Notes: generated from the letters alone by a model not told the origin. A stretch of DNA of 64,000 nucleotides from Lama glama (GCA_028534125.1 CM052839.1:45508001-45572000); one strand, 5' to 3'. Numbered from the stretch's first letter, positions 46,901-61,900 are shown. Numbers and translations: made by a program.

Positions 46901-49900
46901 AGCCCCTGCACTGGGACCCTTTCTTTGGCACCCATCAACACAAGCGAGGCTTCGGGTCTGCACCCGACCTTGTGCAGCTGGAAGTTCAGCCCCAGATGAG
47001 GCCTGGCCGTGCCATCCCCCAGACGTCCCCAGTATGGAGCCCAGACCCGCCCTCAAAGGCAAGAATGCTCAGTACCTTCCTCAAGCCAAGTTTGGCAGCA
47101 ATTTCATCAACCACTTCGGCCTTTGGGTCTTCAAGAAGCTCCAAGCTATTCTGTGTACCAATCTGTTGGGCATGGAAGAGACGCATTTTGAGGAGTGAGC
47201 TCAGAGAAAGAACGCTGCGCTGCCCCAGGCCAGAAGGCAGCAGCAAACGCTCCAGACAACCAAGTAACACGCGCCAAGCCCTCCAGGCTGCTCCCTGCCA
47301 GGACTGTGCTGTGCTTTCAAGCAAGCTTCCCGGAGGCCATGAAAAGGCGGTAGGCAGGCTGGTTCATGTCGGACAGCTCTGTGTGAAACGTGGGGTCGTT
47401 CAGGACTAAGGAAGGCTCACTGCGCCTTAAGATTCCTTCCTCGGGGATAGAAGTTAGTTTCAAACCTTCCCTGTATAAATAGTTTCACTCCAAATAGGCT
47501 TGGCTAGATCACGCAACATGAGGGCTGTAAGGTAACATTCGTGCCCAGAAGACAGCCCTGGGAAACCTGGATGAGCTCCTGCAGGGACAGCGCTTAGCTT
47601 CCAGGCAAGCAGGGCCGCAGAGCAACCGACACACACACCCTGAGCCAACTGAAGGCACTTCACGTCGGTGCCCTGCTGAGCGGCAGGGGCAGTGCTGGGC
47701 TCAGGGCAGCAGACAGGCGTGGGCTGGCTGCACGCAACTTAACGCTGGCCACGGGACCACTTCCTGCAGGGGACAAAGCCAGCTTGTGGTCACTAAGGCT
47801 GGCGCTGTACCGACCCGAAGACCCAGCGGTAGAACAGGAAAGTGACGGGGATCCCCAGTCGAGCTGTGCTAACTGGGCACCATCCCTGTACATCTGTCCA
47901 GTTCTGGTAAAACAACAGAAGAACTGCACGTTCTGGGTACTACCCATGGGAGATCACCACCACCTCCAGAGCACAGTCCACGTACAGACTCAGGAGAGAC
48001 CTCAGGACTCTGTCTCCTGACGTGTGGCAACGTGCACGCTGAGCTTTAACGAGCTGGGGGTAATCAGAGGTCAACTCTTTCCATCTCCAGGATCCCCAGA
48101 CTGGAAGCTCTGATGCTACTTTCAGTGGCTGGACACCAGAGCTTTCTGTCCCACTTTTTTGTTCAATCACACTCTGCATAGAACTGTTCAGACTCTTCAC
48201 GAGAGGGACCCTCACAAAACCGCACTGAGCATTCTGTGCTTCCAAGAGCACCCCCGCTTAAAGCGCGACTCTGCACCTGCAGGGGCAGAGTCCCTGCAGC
48301 CATCTTGAGTCGCCTTTCAACTGAACCACCACAAAAGGCCCTGCACTTCAACTGCAGCTCTCAATACATGATGAAGATGTCTAAGGTGGGCAGACCACAC
48401 AAAACCTGCATAAACATAGCCAGGGAAGGAAAGACGAGGCATCTGTGCAGGAGCCTCAAGCCTGCGCACCAGCAGCGGCCACAAGGCCCACAGCCCCAGA
48501 ACCTGGCTGGTTTAGGGAGGAGACCCATCACGGCGAGACCCCGTGCACACGGCGCCCGGGGACACGAGTGTGTGCACTGTGGTCCCCGAACAGGCAAAGG
48601 AGGGGCTAGTATGAGTATCTGTGGGTCCGCCTACATTAAAACACCAAAATTTAGAGGTCTAAACCAAAAATTGTTTAAAGGGGGGACCCTGGGAGGGGAG
48701 AGGAAATCGGATGAAGGGGAATACACTGTTTGCACATCTGCCTTTGCAAATGTGCAGGGTTTTTCTCTTTTCCACCTGTTTTTTAAATGAAAAATTTCAA
48801 ACATACAGCAAAGTTTAAAGACTTCTACAGTGAATGTTCACAAACCCACCACCAAGGCTCAGATATTTAACATTCACTACGTTCTGGTCGCCCTCCAGTC
48901 AGCCTCGGTCTGTCATGGTTCTGCTGCATCTACACACACCCGCAGGCACAGGCCCCTCCCCAGCTATCTCAGCGTGGCGTGAACCAGCATTCAGCATGGC
49001 TCCAGTCTCCACTTTCGTAGTAAATTTATATAATGAAGTAAGTATTTTACATAACATACACCATATGACCACATAAATATCTTACATAACTGTACACCAA
49101 GTTAAAAAGTACATATATGTAAAACCAATCCCTAAGTACTGAAAATAAAACAGTAAATGTAAGTCGCTGGTGGCACACTCAAACAGAGGAGCCCTTCCGT
49201 GGGAGCTTAGAGCATAGTAGTCGACTGCCGGTCCCCAGTGGGACACACCCTAGGGGCCAAAACAACCCCTTCAACTGTGTGTGTGTGTGTGTGTGTCTGT
49301 GTCTGGTGTGTCTGTGTCTGTGTCTGGTGTGTCTGTGAGTGTCTATCTGTGTGTGCGTCTGTGTCTGCGTGTACAGAGAGATGGAGACTGGGGAAAGGAC
49401 GCAGCGAGGGAAGCAACGTGCCCTCTGAGAAGTGCCCCCGCCCCCGCCCCCGCCCCCCGCAGAGCCTCTGAAACACAGACACGCAGAGGCCCGCAAACTG
49501 TAACCCTGCTCACAGCTACCTGAGGAGGTTCGTAAATGGCAGCTACTTCGGCCCTGATGCCGAGAGGAATGTCTTTGTGCTCCGTGTACCGTCCGTACAG
49601 GTACCCAAAGTGCTGGTTCCCCGTCTTCCTCCAGAAGTCGAGGAAGCGATCGGCCACCGTGTGGTTCTCAAACATGATGTTGTCCACGTGTCTGTATTTC
49701 TGCAGAGTTAACAACAATGGGCTAAATTAAAACACTCCATCAAAAATATACAATTAGCTTAGCACAAATCATTCGTAAATGCCGTTTACCTAGCTCCACG
49801 TGTGCGTGTGCACACAAATGCACACACACACACTTAAGAGTGTGCTCTGCCCTTAAGGCCACTTCAGATTCCAGAGGGCAGGAGGGGTTGGAGTGGGATT

Positions 49901-52900
49901 CCTCAACAAATTAATTCAGATTATTCTTAGTGGAATTTCTCCTAAAATACAGGTTTTCACAATCTCTAGGGTAAAAAAAATGGAAGGAAGACGGGAGGGA
50001 GGCTGAAAAAGAGGAGAGGGATGGGGGAAGAAGAGGAAGAAGCTCTCAGACGGCCAAGGGCGCAGTGGCACTCTCTGAGGGGCTAAGCGGCGGCAGGCGG
50101 CAGGGAGGGGGGGGCCGGGCATTAAGAGTGGAAGCGGCCAGAGCAGCCTCACATAAGTCTCCCTCATGCTCTCCCTCCTTCCCAAGCCCAGCCCCTTTCT
50201 TAACTGGCCCCAGACAGATGCCCTGAGCTGCTCCCAGGACAGTTCTGTTACCAACTGCCAGAGCCCCAGTTTCTTAAAAGGCAAGGTCACAACCACTGAG
50301 CATCTTAAAAAATCACCAAGAAAATTCTGCCTCACACAAGGCAACAAAACAGAAAACCGAAGGCTCCCCTCTACGCTTGGCGGAGCCGGAGATCTTATAA
50401 ATAACTCCTTCTGTGTGTGAGTTCCACAGAAGGGTCAGTTGGTCAGTCTGAAAACACCCGAGACCCCGCCACCTGCAACGCACACGGCACCTCTCAGTCG
50501 TGAACACAAACCCACTGCTCCCGCGCTGGCAGGCCCGGTGGCGTCTCACCTGTCTGTTCAGCGTGATGGCGCTTGGCTGGCACTTGGTACAGATGCCGCT
50601 GGGCCACGGAAGGTGCCCCTCACACCCTGATTTGATCTTGCAACTGATGTTTTCCAGGGCAACAAACTTACCCCTGAACAAGAAAAGGCCACTTAGTTAA
50701 ACATTACAGTGGTGAAAGGTTAGCAGAAGGCGGGAAATGTAACGTCAGATGTCTTGCTCCTCCTGGACGGAGTTCTCGGGTGCTAAGCACGCGGCGGCAG
50801 CAGCAGGGGACACGCTCAAGCCCGTCCTCCTGGGGCTCCAGCTGCTCTCTGCAGCGCCTGGGCCGCACAGGGCTACAGAACTATTTTCCTACAAAACAGC
50901 TTTAACCCTCACCATCACCAGCACCCACAGGGATCTTCCAGGGTACTGCCGAGTATCTACCGACCCAACCTGAGCCCTGAGAGAAAATGGGGCTCTTTCC
51001 ACGTTTCATCAGCTTCTCAGATACACTGACGTTAGAAGTCTAGTCCTCAGGCTTCTGTATAAAGTTCTTATTCGTAGTAAAATCCTGATTAGGACACACA
51101 ACAAAGATACCTTCACTCTCCCTTCAGCTAAGATAAAAACCACTGACGGAAGATGGCCAGCGAGGAAGCCCTGGGCCCCACTCTGAACCTGGGGTGAACG
51201 TGCACAAGTTACTTCACCCTCTGCCAGTTTCCTGTTCACAAAATGGTCCAACGATTCAGTCTTGTCTTCCCAAGCCAGCAGCGTGCTGGAATGAGGGCGC
51301 CTGGGAGGCCACGACTGCCACCAAGCCTGCACGTTACTGACAGCGACAAGTGAGCCACGACCTAGACCAACAAAAAGCCAGAGACCCCAGCACACTCATT
51401 CTCTGGGTCAGAACGTTTCTGAGCTTACCCCACAGATGGGAAAGAATGGGTTTCTGCTGAGGTTTTTTTCCCCATCTAACTTTTTAAAAGTTATTTTAGG
51501 ATGTCAGCAGGTTGCCCAAGAAAAACTACAAGCAGGCCAACACGACATTCTTTACAAAATGCTGCTGACTCAGGTTCAGCCACCGTCCCCTCTTGTTGCA
51601 TGGATGGGATCATAAAATCATGGGATGAAATGTCAGGTGAACAGCAACAGATGGGCCTGCAATGGCGAGGACGTGACATGCTTTCAAAGAAGTCAAATGC
51701 TCTCAGCTCGCCCCGTCTGGCCGCTGTCACAGCCTGCACCCAAGCAGCCAGGGCACAGTCGCCCCCGCTGCCCGCCCGGCTGAGACCACAGATGGCAATG
51801 CCGAGACCTGGCAAGGCCAGGCCGGGGGAGGCCACTGACTCAGCCCCGTGTGGCTGCGACATGAAGCGGATGGAGAGGCAGGCTCCAGGGCAAAGGGCTG
51901 ATGGCAGCTGCGAAGCGGAGCCAAGATGACCACAGGCTAGTTCAGGCTCTCCACAAAACAGAGGGAGAGCCCAGACTCTAGACATATGACTGGCCACCAC
52001 CACACTTTATCTCATCCACCTTCACAGGCAGTAAGTTGCCAGGGCACCGCATGCCCGAGGGAAGGCTGGCAAGGTGTCCCAGGGCCTCCAGAGCGGCCCC
52101 ACCAGCCTGGCCCCTGCCCCGCCTGGGCACAGGCATCAGAGTCCCCACCCGTTTCTAGACTTGGGGCAAAACTCACACATTCAAACATTCTGTGCCCAGA
52201 CTCTGATCTTTACTTCTCTCACTCACGTGCCCAGGGGCTTGAGCAGCATGTGCCAGGGACAGAGAACAAACATCCGAGCCCCGACCCTCGTCGGCGCCGC
52301 CCCTGCGAGCCAGCTGCTTACTTGTCGGCCCCTCCGGTCAGCTTCCGGATATAGGCGTGGAAGGACATGTGCTTCACGGGAGGCTCCAGGTGGTTCAGGT
52401 AGTCCTCGTCGAACGGCTGTCAAAACACACAGTGGACGCCGTCAGGCACCTGCTGCTGGGCGCGCGAGGCCGGAGGCACCGGGCAGCTCCGCGCAGGGAG
52501 ACGCAGCCGCCACTGCCTCACTGGCCAGTGCCGTGGCGTGCAGTCGGGGAGCAGACACTGGGTCCCCACTTATCATTCTAGGTCAGAGCCAAGTTCTCTG
52601 GGTACCAGTCATCTTTTCAAAGTCAAAGAGAATCTCTATTAAATACAAAGGTCTAAGTCAGGTCAGTGTCAGGTACATTTTGCAAAAAAAGAAAAAAGCA
52701 CCAGAGGAGCTGAGCAAACAGCCAGGCTGGCCCTGCTCGCCCACCGCGTCGGCGTGACTCTCAGTCTCACCAGAATGAATCGGTACAGGAGACGTGAGGG
52801 TCAGCGCCAAGTCAATCACAACAGTGCCGAGCAGGAAAACGGCAGGCCTGGCTTCGTGCGGGGCTCAAAAGATTGTCCGGGGCCTGGGGCAAATGCCGCC

Positions 52901-55900
52901 CTTCATCACAGCAGCGCGGAGGCTGCAGCTTCCATTATCCACAGGAAGCCTGCTCGCATAAAGAAAGGCCCATCCTCTCAGGGCAGCCCGCACTGGTGGG
53001 GACAGGTGGCCCAGGGCAAGGAACAAAGCAGCTCCTTTAACCCCAGACCAAGTGCAGGGACTCAGGGAGAGCAGGGACCCAGGGAGAGCAGGGACCCAGG
53101 GAGAGCAGGGACCCAGGGAATGCAGGCACCCAGGGAGAGCAGGGACCCAGGGAGCACCGGGACCCAGGGAATGCAGGCACCCAGGGAGAGCAGGGACCCA
53201 GGGAGAGCAGGGACCCAGGGAATGCAGGGACCCAGCAAAAGCGCTTAGTCGGCTCCGGGAAGCCGCGCGTCACGCCAGACGGGGACTCATGAGCGAGGAC
53301 TCACCTCTAGAGGAACACAGTGCACACACTTCCCCAGGGGCCCGTGCCGGCACCTGAGGGCACAGGAGAGAAACGTGGCGTCAGCACGCCTGCCCTGCTG
53401 GTGCTGCCCACTCCGGGCTGACACTTGAAATGCACGTTGTACCGAGCAGAGAGCTTCCCCACGCACGTGAAACTCCCTGCAGGGGTGCCCAGTGAACTGC
53501 TCTCATTGTGTGTACCAGGAAACGCCGACCAGCACAGCAAACCTGTGACCTCACGGGTACTAGCTGCTTGAACGACACTGACTAAATACAGAAGAGAGTG
53601 GGTTTCAAGCCAATTTAAACAGGAACGTTACGCAAAGACTAAGCTGGTACACAGACACGGCAAAACCCTGAGCCCAATACGTAAGAAACCCAAGTGTGGA
53701 GAACACCCACTTCGTGCACATTTCAGTAAAAAGGGCATAAAAGGTGGTTGGCTCTGTGAGTTTCTGACATTTTGGTCAGGGAGCCTCGGCGGCTCCACGC
53801 ACACACTGTGACAATGGGGAGGTGACGCTCAGGTGGCAAGGGCGGTGGCAGGCTCCATCAGGTCACTTCCCACATGCAGTCACAACTCGTAGATGCACCA
53901 CGTTCTACATTTCCAGGTAGACAGGGCCTGTGTCTCCTGACAGGCAGGCTCCTCTGGGGGACAGGTCGGAGCACGAGCACACGCACACACACACACGTGC
54001 ACCCTCTGAAGGACTCCCAGTGAAGCCTCACGGTCGCTGGGTCCCAGGAGGACTGCAGATGGAGGCCGTGAGCCAGCCCACGGCCCTGACCGGGAAGTGG
54101 CCCCACGCCAACTGCAGCCTGGCACCCCTCAGGGCTCTAACCTAAGACGTATGAGCTGCTAACGCAGCACCCATCACCCTCACAGACGGATACAGCCACC
54201 AAGGACTCTACTGCCGAGACCAACCACCCTCCCTCAGATGATTTCACGTCACTGAGTGTGAGCTCAGCCTTTCCTACCTGGTCTCCTTAAACAGAACAGC
54301 ACAGAACCTAAAAGACACACATGTTCACAAGCCTAAGCATTTCACACAACCAGGCACAAAGCGGCTCCTTGGGGAAGGAGCAGCATCTCCGGCAGAAAGA
54401 ACATGCTGCGCAGAGACGCCGCCAGACGAGGTGCCACGGCCGCAGACCCGGCACCAGCAGGTGCCTAATACCCGCCCTCCTCCTGCCCCGCTGCGCGCAC
54501 GAGGCCCACTCTGCACGTGCACCCAGGCATCTCGGGGCACTCGTGGTGAGGACTCGGTGTAAGGCCCTCCCTTCTTTCAAATCTCATAGTTTCCAACATT
54601 TGAAACCTTAAAGTCCACATGGGGCGTACACTAAGATTCAAACAGTGAGAGAAAGCTCACAAAGTAACTAGCACTGAAATGCAAGCTGAAAATAGATGGT
54701 CCAACCCAAAGCTCCTGCCGCCTCCTCCGGCCGCCTGCGGCCCCGCCCCGCCCGGGCACTCACAGCTGCGGGTCTCGGCTTCTGTAGATCTTGCCGTCCT
54801 GCCGGCTCAGGTACTGGTCGATCTCGTCTTCCACCACGTGGGGAGCGCCGCAGGCCTTCAGCCCCACGGGGGCCGACGTCTCCATCTCAGCCGAGGGGCC
54901 AGCAAGGCTCGAGGGAAACAGGAACAGCAAGTCCCCGTGCCTGTTCCAACGACAGCCCAGCCATGAGTCGGGGCCGCCCTCCCTCCCAGCCTGAGCTGCA
55001 AAGGAGAGCAGCTGACACGTGAGAATCTATGGCGCCTGCAAACTCCAGCCGCTCCACAGGCCTGAGTATCGAGGCTTGTGATTTTAAGAAACCAGGGTTC
55101 GCTCTCCCGTCTCCCCGTGCAGAGAACCGGCGGCAGGTTCTCTGGACTGTAATAGAACTTCTCCACAAGAACCCGGCAGAGTCCACGCTACGTGTCCACA
55201 CATGTCTGGTTCCGCACAGAAGACCTGCAGTCCCAGGATGGACCGTGGGGCTGCCCGGCTCCCCTACTCACCTCCCTGGGACACATCCTTCCATTTCCTT
55301 CTCTCCATTCACACACAAACGTGAACACGACATGGACAGACATCCACAACTCACAAACTGAGATGATCAGAGACACAACTTCTGCATTTGTTTTTCTCTT
55401 TTGGTGACAAATACCCTACAAACCCCTCTGGACATGGTCTACATCTAATAGACGTCTCGCAGCGAAGCTGCTCACCCTCTAGCTACAGGACTCTTGGCCC
55501 ATCAGTTCTAACAGATGTGCTCCAAGATGCACAGTGGACCATAAAGAAAGGATCCCCTGAGGGTCCCAGAAACCCACAGCAGCTCAACAAGAGCAGTGGG
55601 AGAACATAGCCCAGAGCTGCCCTCTGGCTGGCCACTCCCAGGCACCTGAGCTTGGCTGACAGCCGGTCTCTGGATCCGCGGGAGACGAGGCCTCGAGCCC
55701 ACCTGCCCAAGGTGGGCTGCTGAGCCCGAAACGCCACACAAAGCCAGACATCCAAAGGATGTCTCAATAGCTGGGAGAATCCACCGGCTGAGAACAGGAA
55801 CCAGGGAGGAATCCTATCTGCCTCCATCCACCCTGCAGCGGGGAAACAGTCACCTCTGAGAGGCAGCAACCAGAGGCCTGCTCTGCCACGCATCCAGGTG

Positions 55901-58900
55901 GAATCGGGATGCTCCCTGGTTCAGGAGACCAAAGACAGACATTACCCCAAGGAGGGCTGGGCCCACGATGCCCCCTTGCGCAGACAGAAGCAACTGCCTC
56001 TCTGCGGACAAGCCACCAAGCCCAGGTCCTTCAGGGCCCCCAAGACCAAGTCTGCCACACGCAAGTTCTCAAAGAAAGCTCCCAAGCGAACAAGAGAAAC
56101 AGCCACCAAAGTAAGAGCCAGCAGACAACAACTGCCCGGTGTGGACACCAGGGGCTCCGGCTGTGGCGCTCAGGACAAAACATAAACGTGTGCGTGGAAC
56201 GTTGACTGGAAATGGACCAGAAGAATGCAAACAAGAGGCATCCAGAAATGTCCGGGGACTCTGGGGAGCAGGCCCGGGGCCACACACTCAGTGGCTCTTC
56301 CAAGTCCCCTGATGAACAGGCTGGACAACACAGGAACCCACGGAAAGCACCGGCAACACTGCGACAGGATCCTCAGGACTCAGGAGGGCAGCACAGGTAA
56401 GAGACGGCCCGGGCAGAAGGCCTGTGGCAGGGGAACCAGAGTCCTCACAGGCAGTCTGGCAGGCCAGTGCGTGCAGACCAGGAGCCCGGAAGGAGCCCTG
56501 AGCACCAGCGCTAACAGCCAGGGTTGGGAGGAATCAGACAGACTCAGAGAAAAAAGTGGAAATGCAATCACTGAAACACAGATCGAATGGGGGAGAGGAA
56601 ATATTTAAAGAGATAAGGGCCATGAATTTTCTAGACCTGATCTGCAGATACATCTTACATCAGGTAGCATCTCAACCAACCAACCAACCAGGGACCCACA
56701 CCTAGACAGGTTAAACAGAAACCACAGGACCCCAAAACAAACAGAGCTTAAAAGCAACCGGGGGAACCAAAAACAGAGCCTACAAGTGAACGCAGAACTA
56801 GAGCAGACCGCTGAGCTGCGGCAGTGGGAGCGAGACAGTGCACTGAGGCCCACCTCGAGCTCCAAAGGGGCCCCCCTTAAAGACGGGCCAAGTAACTCGC
56901 GGGCAGTGACAGAAGGCGGCTCTCAAGTTGACGCCCATGCTGGTCAGTAAGCATCACGACTATCACTGGAAAGACAAGCTCGGGGATAATTCAGAAAGGC
57001 GTGCCCTCCGAGTGTGAGCACACCTCAGGTCTGTCTCCCAGCTGTCTCACTGCGCAGCCCCTTTCTGGTCTGGCCATTGGAACAGCTTTAGAAACACAGC
57101 TAGAACCCTCGCAGTGTCCATCACCTGGTGCCCGTCACCGCAGGGCAACCACGGGAAGGAGGCGCTGCGACCCCCTTGCACACAAGGGTGGGAGGCCCCA
57201 TCAGGTGACATGACTTCCCTGGCCACACAGCCAGTGAGCAGTGGGGTAGGAACCCAAACCTGTGTAACTCAGCGAGCAGTGACTCTTAGGACGAAGAAGT
57301 GCTTCACAAGCTGGGAGGAAGGGTGCCCCTCACCCCCTGGAGACGGACGTGAGCAAGCATGGGCCTCACATCGCCCCGGGGCGGCAGCAAGCAGGCTGCA
57401 GGACAGGTAAACTAACACTTTTACCCAGTACTTTTCCCTCAGTATACTAAACCTGAATCTGAAAACGAACACACAAACTGATAAAACAGCCCGTCACTCT
57501 GACTGCAAAAGGCACATGGCCCAACGCCGGTGAAGGCCGGCCCACCCTCAGCTGGGGCCACAGCAGCAGGCTCCCCACCGGCTCCCCAAGGACAGAAATG
57601 ACTCAAAGGGTCCTGCTCACTGATCTGTGAGCACGTGGGCCCTGGCAGCTCAGACAGGGGCTAGCAGACCTTTTCTGTAAAGAGCCTTTGCAGACCATAC
57701 AGTCCCTGTCAGTCACTCAGCTTGCCTCGTGGCGTGCAAACACATAAATGAATGAACGTGTAGAAGTAAAAGGACATACAGTGGGGTGGCGGGCCCAGCA
57801 CCCCAGAAACTCCTTCTGACACTACCCATCAATTCTAAGGCACTCCAGAGGCTCCTGCGAGTGAGAAATACGGCGTGGGAGACGGACCCCTGTCCTGCAC
57901 CCCCCACCCCCCCATCTGCCCAATGGGCCCCGAGGCAGAACTCTGCACAGAGCTCCGATCAAGGCCTTTCCCTGCAGAGAAGCAGCTGAGTGTACAGCAG
58001 CACACGCCCCGGGACGGGAACTCCTACTCCTCGGCAACACCCTTCCCGAATTCTGCAAGTCAGTCAAATCGCTTACCAGTACCCGCAGCCCCAGTGTAGC
58101 TGCCAAACACCTGGCAAAAAGGACGGTCTCTGGCACTGGGTTGACAAACAGGACCGTGAATGCAGTGGCACGAGAAGGAGCTCGGAGAGCGCTGGGTGGC
58201 CCCAGGCACGTAACCGGGGCCTCAGGCCTCCCAACCCCGCCGCCCGCTGGACACTTACTTGATCTTCAGCAGGTTGAGGGACTTGTTGGATGATGCTGTG
58301 ATCTCCCCAGTCTTGTTTCTATTGATGTAAACTGAGAAGCCATTATTTTGGAAGCCAAACTCCTTTGCGACCTAAAACAAGCCCCAAAACAGAGATTTAA
58401 TAAAATATTTAAGTATTGCTACTCAGACCACATATACCAGATACACCAGACGTTATTCAAACACTCACTAAATTTAGAAACTCTCCTCATTAATCAAATT
58501 TCTCTTGTCATTTTGCTCTCTCATGAGGAAATTGGAGTCTGGGACCAGGAGAGGGGCCAGAGCTGGAGGGTCATCAGAGTTAAAGACACAGGGAATCTCG
58601 GCATAGAAACAGAAACGATAAAATAGAATCAAGGGGAAATTCTACAACTGAAAATACAATAAATGAAGTGGAAAATTCATTGGGTGGGCTTATCAGCAGA
58701 AGGGAGATGACAAAACAAACTCAATTAACCTGAAGACAGTTAACATAAACAACACAATCGGAAGACAGAGATTTGAAAGAAAAATCAACCCAGGACAGTA
58801 TCAAGTGACCCTCAGGAGAAGAGAACAGGGGTAGGACTGAAAAACCTTTGAAGAAAGAATGGCCGAAACCCTCAGATTTGATGCAAAACATAAGCCTAAC

Positions 58901-61900
58901 AAATCCAGGAAGTTCAACAAAGCCAAAGGATAAATAAAAAGAAAGCTACGTCCGGCAAGTCGCCCTCACACCACTATCAGCCAGAGATCAGCGGAAAGAC
59001 TGAGGCGGAAAGAAACACATGCCAACTCAGGACTCTCACTCCGGAGAAAATTCCCTGCAAATACAAGGGCAGAGTGAAAAGGCTCTCAGGTCAACAAGGC
59101 CTGAGCGTGTCCGCTGCCGGCAGGCGTCCCCCACAACATCGCTCAGGCTGAAGACCGCCAGGCAGAAGCGCACACCCGGGGGGCACGCGACAGCAACAGC
59201 TCCGAGTCGCGCGGCAGGGCAGCAGCCGCTGCTGACAGAGGGGCCTGGCAGGGCAGGGACGGCACAGGTCGGCAGCGGGCCGCGTCCGGCTCAGCCCTAG
59301 TGTACACCTGGTTCTCCCTGCTGCTTTTCACCTACGGCTGATCTGTCCTTTAACAGGGGATTACTGACAAAGCCTAGTGATTACTTACTGTAAGGAAAAC
59401 AAGAGTTGATTTGATGATTAAGTTTATGCACTAACCTTATTTTCTACTGATTAAAAAAAAATGGATTAAAAGTAATTCCAAATCACCTTGTTACTCAAAT
59501 TCAGAAAATGACAGTAAAAAATAGCCTTTAAGACAAAGTTAAGATTTTGTATCATGTATTATAAATATTTGATACCATGGGATTTTTTTTCTCCAAGTTA
59601 AAAGTGTCATTAATAAAATTAAGTATCAGGAAATTAAGACCATGAAATTTGTATTCTCAAGTGCAAAAACAGAGGCGAGACTAAAGACTAAAAAGAATGT
59701 CTTTGACTTTTTTCTGAAACAGATACAAATAGAAATTAACAAATAGCGGCTTTTTTTTAGCTTTTTAAATTGAGTTATAGTCATTTTACAATGTTGTGTC
59801 AAATTCCAACTACAAATTGTGGCATTTTATCTATTCTGCAAAAACAACGTTTTTCTGTAGACAAAGCACGGCAAGCTATTGCCAAGGACGAGAACTCCTG
59901 TTCCAAGAGTGTCAGCTGTGAGTTACTGCAACACTCCCGGGAAGAAAGAAACGCGGCCTCCAGAGCAGCACGCAGTCTTGCGTGGCCGCCGCGTGAACAG
60001 AGTGGACTCCCCGGTGACCACGCGACCCAGCTCTGCCCTTTCTGTCAGGACTGAGATGCAGCTACCTTTTCAAATACGGTAACAGCAACAGTACTTCACA
60101 TACCCTGAACCTCACTTTTGCGAGACACAGAAATGTATGCATTAGGTTCTTTGCTGTGAAAGTAACTGCTCCCGTAAGCTCTGTGTGGTCTTTACCTAAA
60201 GGTACAGAAACCTAAGGTGACAAGCATTTTCTAAAAACCTTAGCAGAGTCTTACAAGAGCATGACTAAAATCCTAAGAACTGTATTTCACACCTGAGGTA
60301 ATCCTGATGTGTAACTAGCATAACGAAACCAGAAACATGGTATGGAGTAAAATTAATACAAATGTTTATAGTTGAAGGTAACAAAAAAGAAGGCATGGCC
60401 TGGTTCCATTTATTTTAAGTTCCAAAACAGGCAAAACTAAATGCAGGGTTTAGGAACGCATACTGAGGTGGTGAAACACAGGACAGGTGGGCACAACCCA
60501 ACAGGGCAGGAGAGGGTGGCAGCGGGGGAGGGAGTGGGAAGGCTGACCGGTGGCTTCCGGAGGCTGGCACTGCCTCCACCTGGACCTGCGTGTTTGCTTC
60601 ATCATCAATCTGTTCACATTTTCAAGCATTTCCTAGAAGGTATTTTACTTCACTGTTAAAAAAAAAAAGTTTAAGGGGGGAGGGTATAGCTCCGTGGCAG
60701 AGCACATGCTTAGCATGCAAGAGGTCCTTGGTTCAATCCCCAGAACTTCCTCCAAAAATAAAACTAATTACCTCCCCCCTAAAATTAAAGTAATTAAATA
60801 ATACAATAATAAATAATTTTTTTTTTAACGTGTAAGTACTGTAAGGAGAAGGCACCGTGTCCCCTGCTGCTGCTGAGAGGTCAATCAAGCTAGGACTGAA
60901 CACGGCCACCAGCCCAGGCAGGTAGGGTCCAGGGTGACTCAGAGAGGGCCATTTCATGGGAGAGACGACAGCAGAAGCAGAGCCTTGGGTCTTGGAGGAG
61001 AGGGAAGGTGCCTTCGAGTGACAGACAGCCAGAAGAGCCTGTCTGGGAGGGGTCTGTGGTCCGATGATGCACAGAGAAGGAATTCTTGACTAGGAAGCAT
61101 TAGATGGTCTCAAAGGAATCAGTAAATCAAAATTCTATGAGACAGTTTTGACACAAGCCATCTCATCACACTTGCAGAACCAACTTCCTTAGAGGGCATA
61201 AAGCCACACATTAAAGCAGGGTAAAGGCTGTCAAGTATGGAGACAGCAACCGAGAGACAACAATGTCACAGAGGCCAGCACACACTTTGCAGACAGGTTT
61301 GTGAGGGGACAGAGAGGCCATCTCAAAGTCCAATGATAGAGCACAAATGCACAGCCACATCATGAGTCATTATAAATCAGCATGAGTCCACTAACATGAG
61401 GTCCCTGGAGGAGCCAAATTCATGAAGACAGAAAGCAGAAATGGTGGGGGCCACGGCACGGGGAGGGGGAGTCAGTCCAATGGGGAGAGAGTTTCCGTTT
61501 GGGAAGATGAAGAAAGTCTGGAGACGGGTGGGGGTGACGGCTGCATAACACCGTGAGTATGTTTAACACGACTGAAAGGCATGCAGAAACACGGTTTATG
61601 TGGCAAATTTTATGCTTTTTTAAAATCACAATTAAAAAAAGATATGGAATGACATTGCAAAAATAAAAAGGAAATAACTTATTGAAAAAAAAAAGGATGT
61701 AAATCTACGCTTGTTGACATAGAACCATGTCCATAACCGTCATCAGGTGAAAAAAAGCGGGTTACAAACGATCACAGGTAAGATCTCACATCGCTGGAAT
61801 GGGTGCCTCTTACAGCAACAGCGTCTTAGCAGAGCTGACACACCGGTCACTGCCTGGACTCACGCAGACTTGTCACCCAAGAAGCTGAACAACTGTCACC

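Noticed and set aside
52754-53357. Repetitive collagen-like ORFs ([11 protein letters not shown]...)
   Set aside because: Translations of the 17-bp minisatellite; the unit length is not a multiple of 3.
60675-60750. tRNA-Ala-like gene
   Set aside because: Degenerate stems and an attached SINE body and tail show it is a SINE head.
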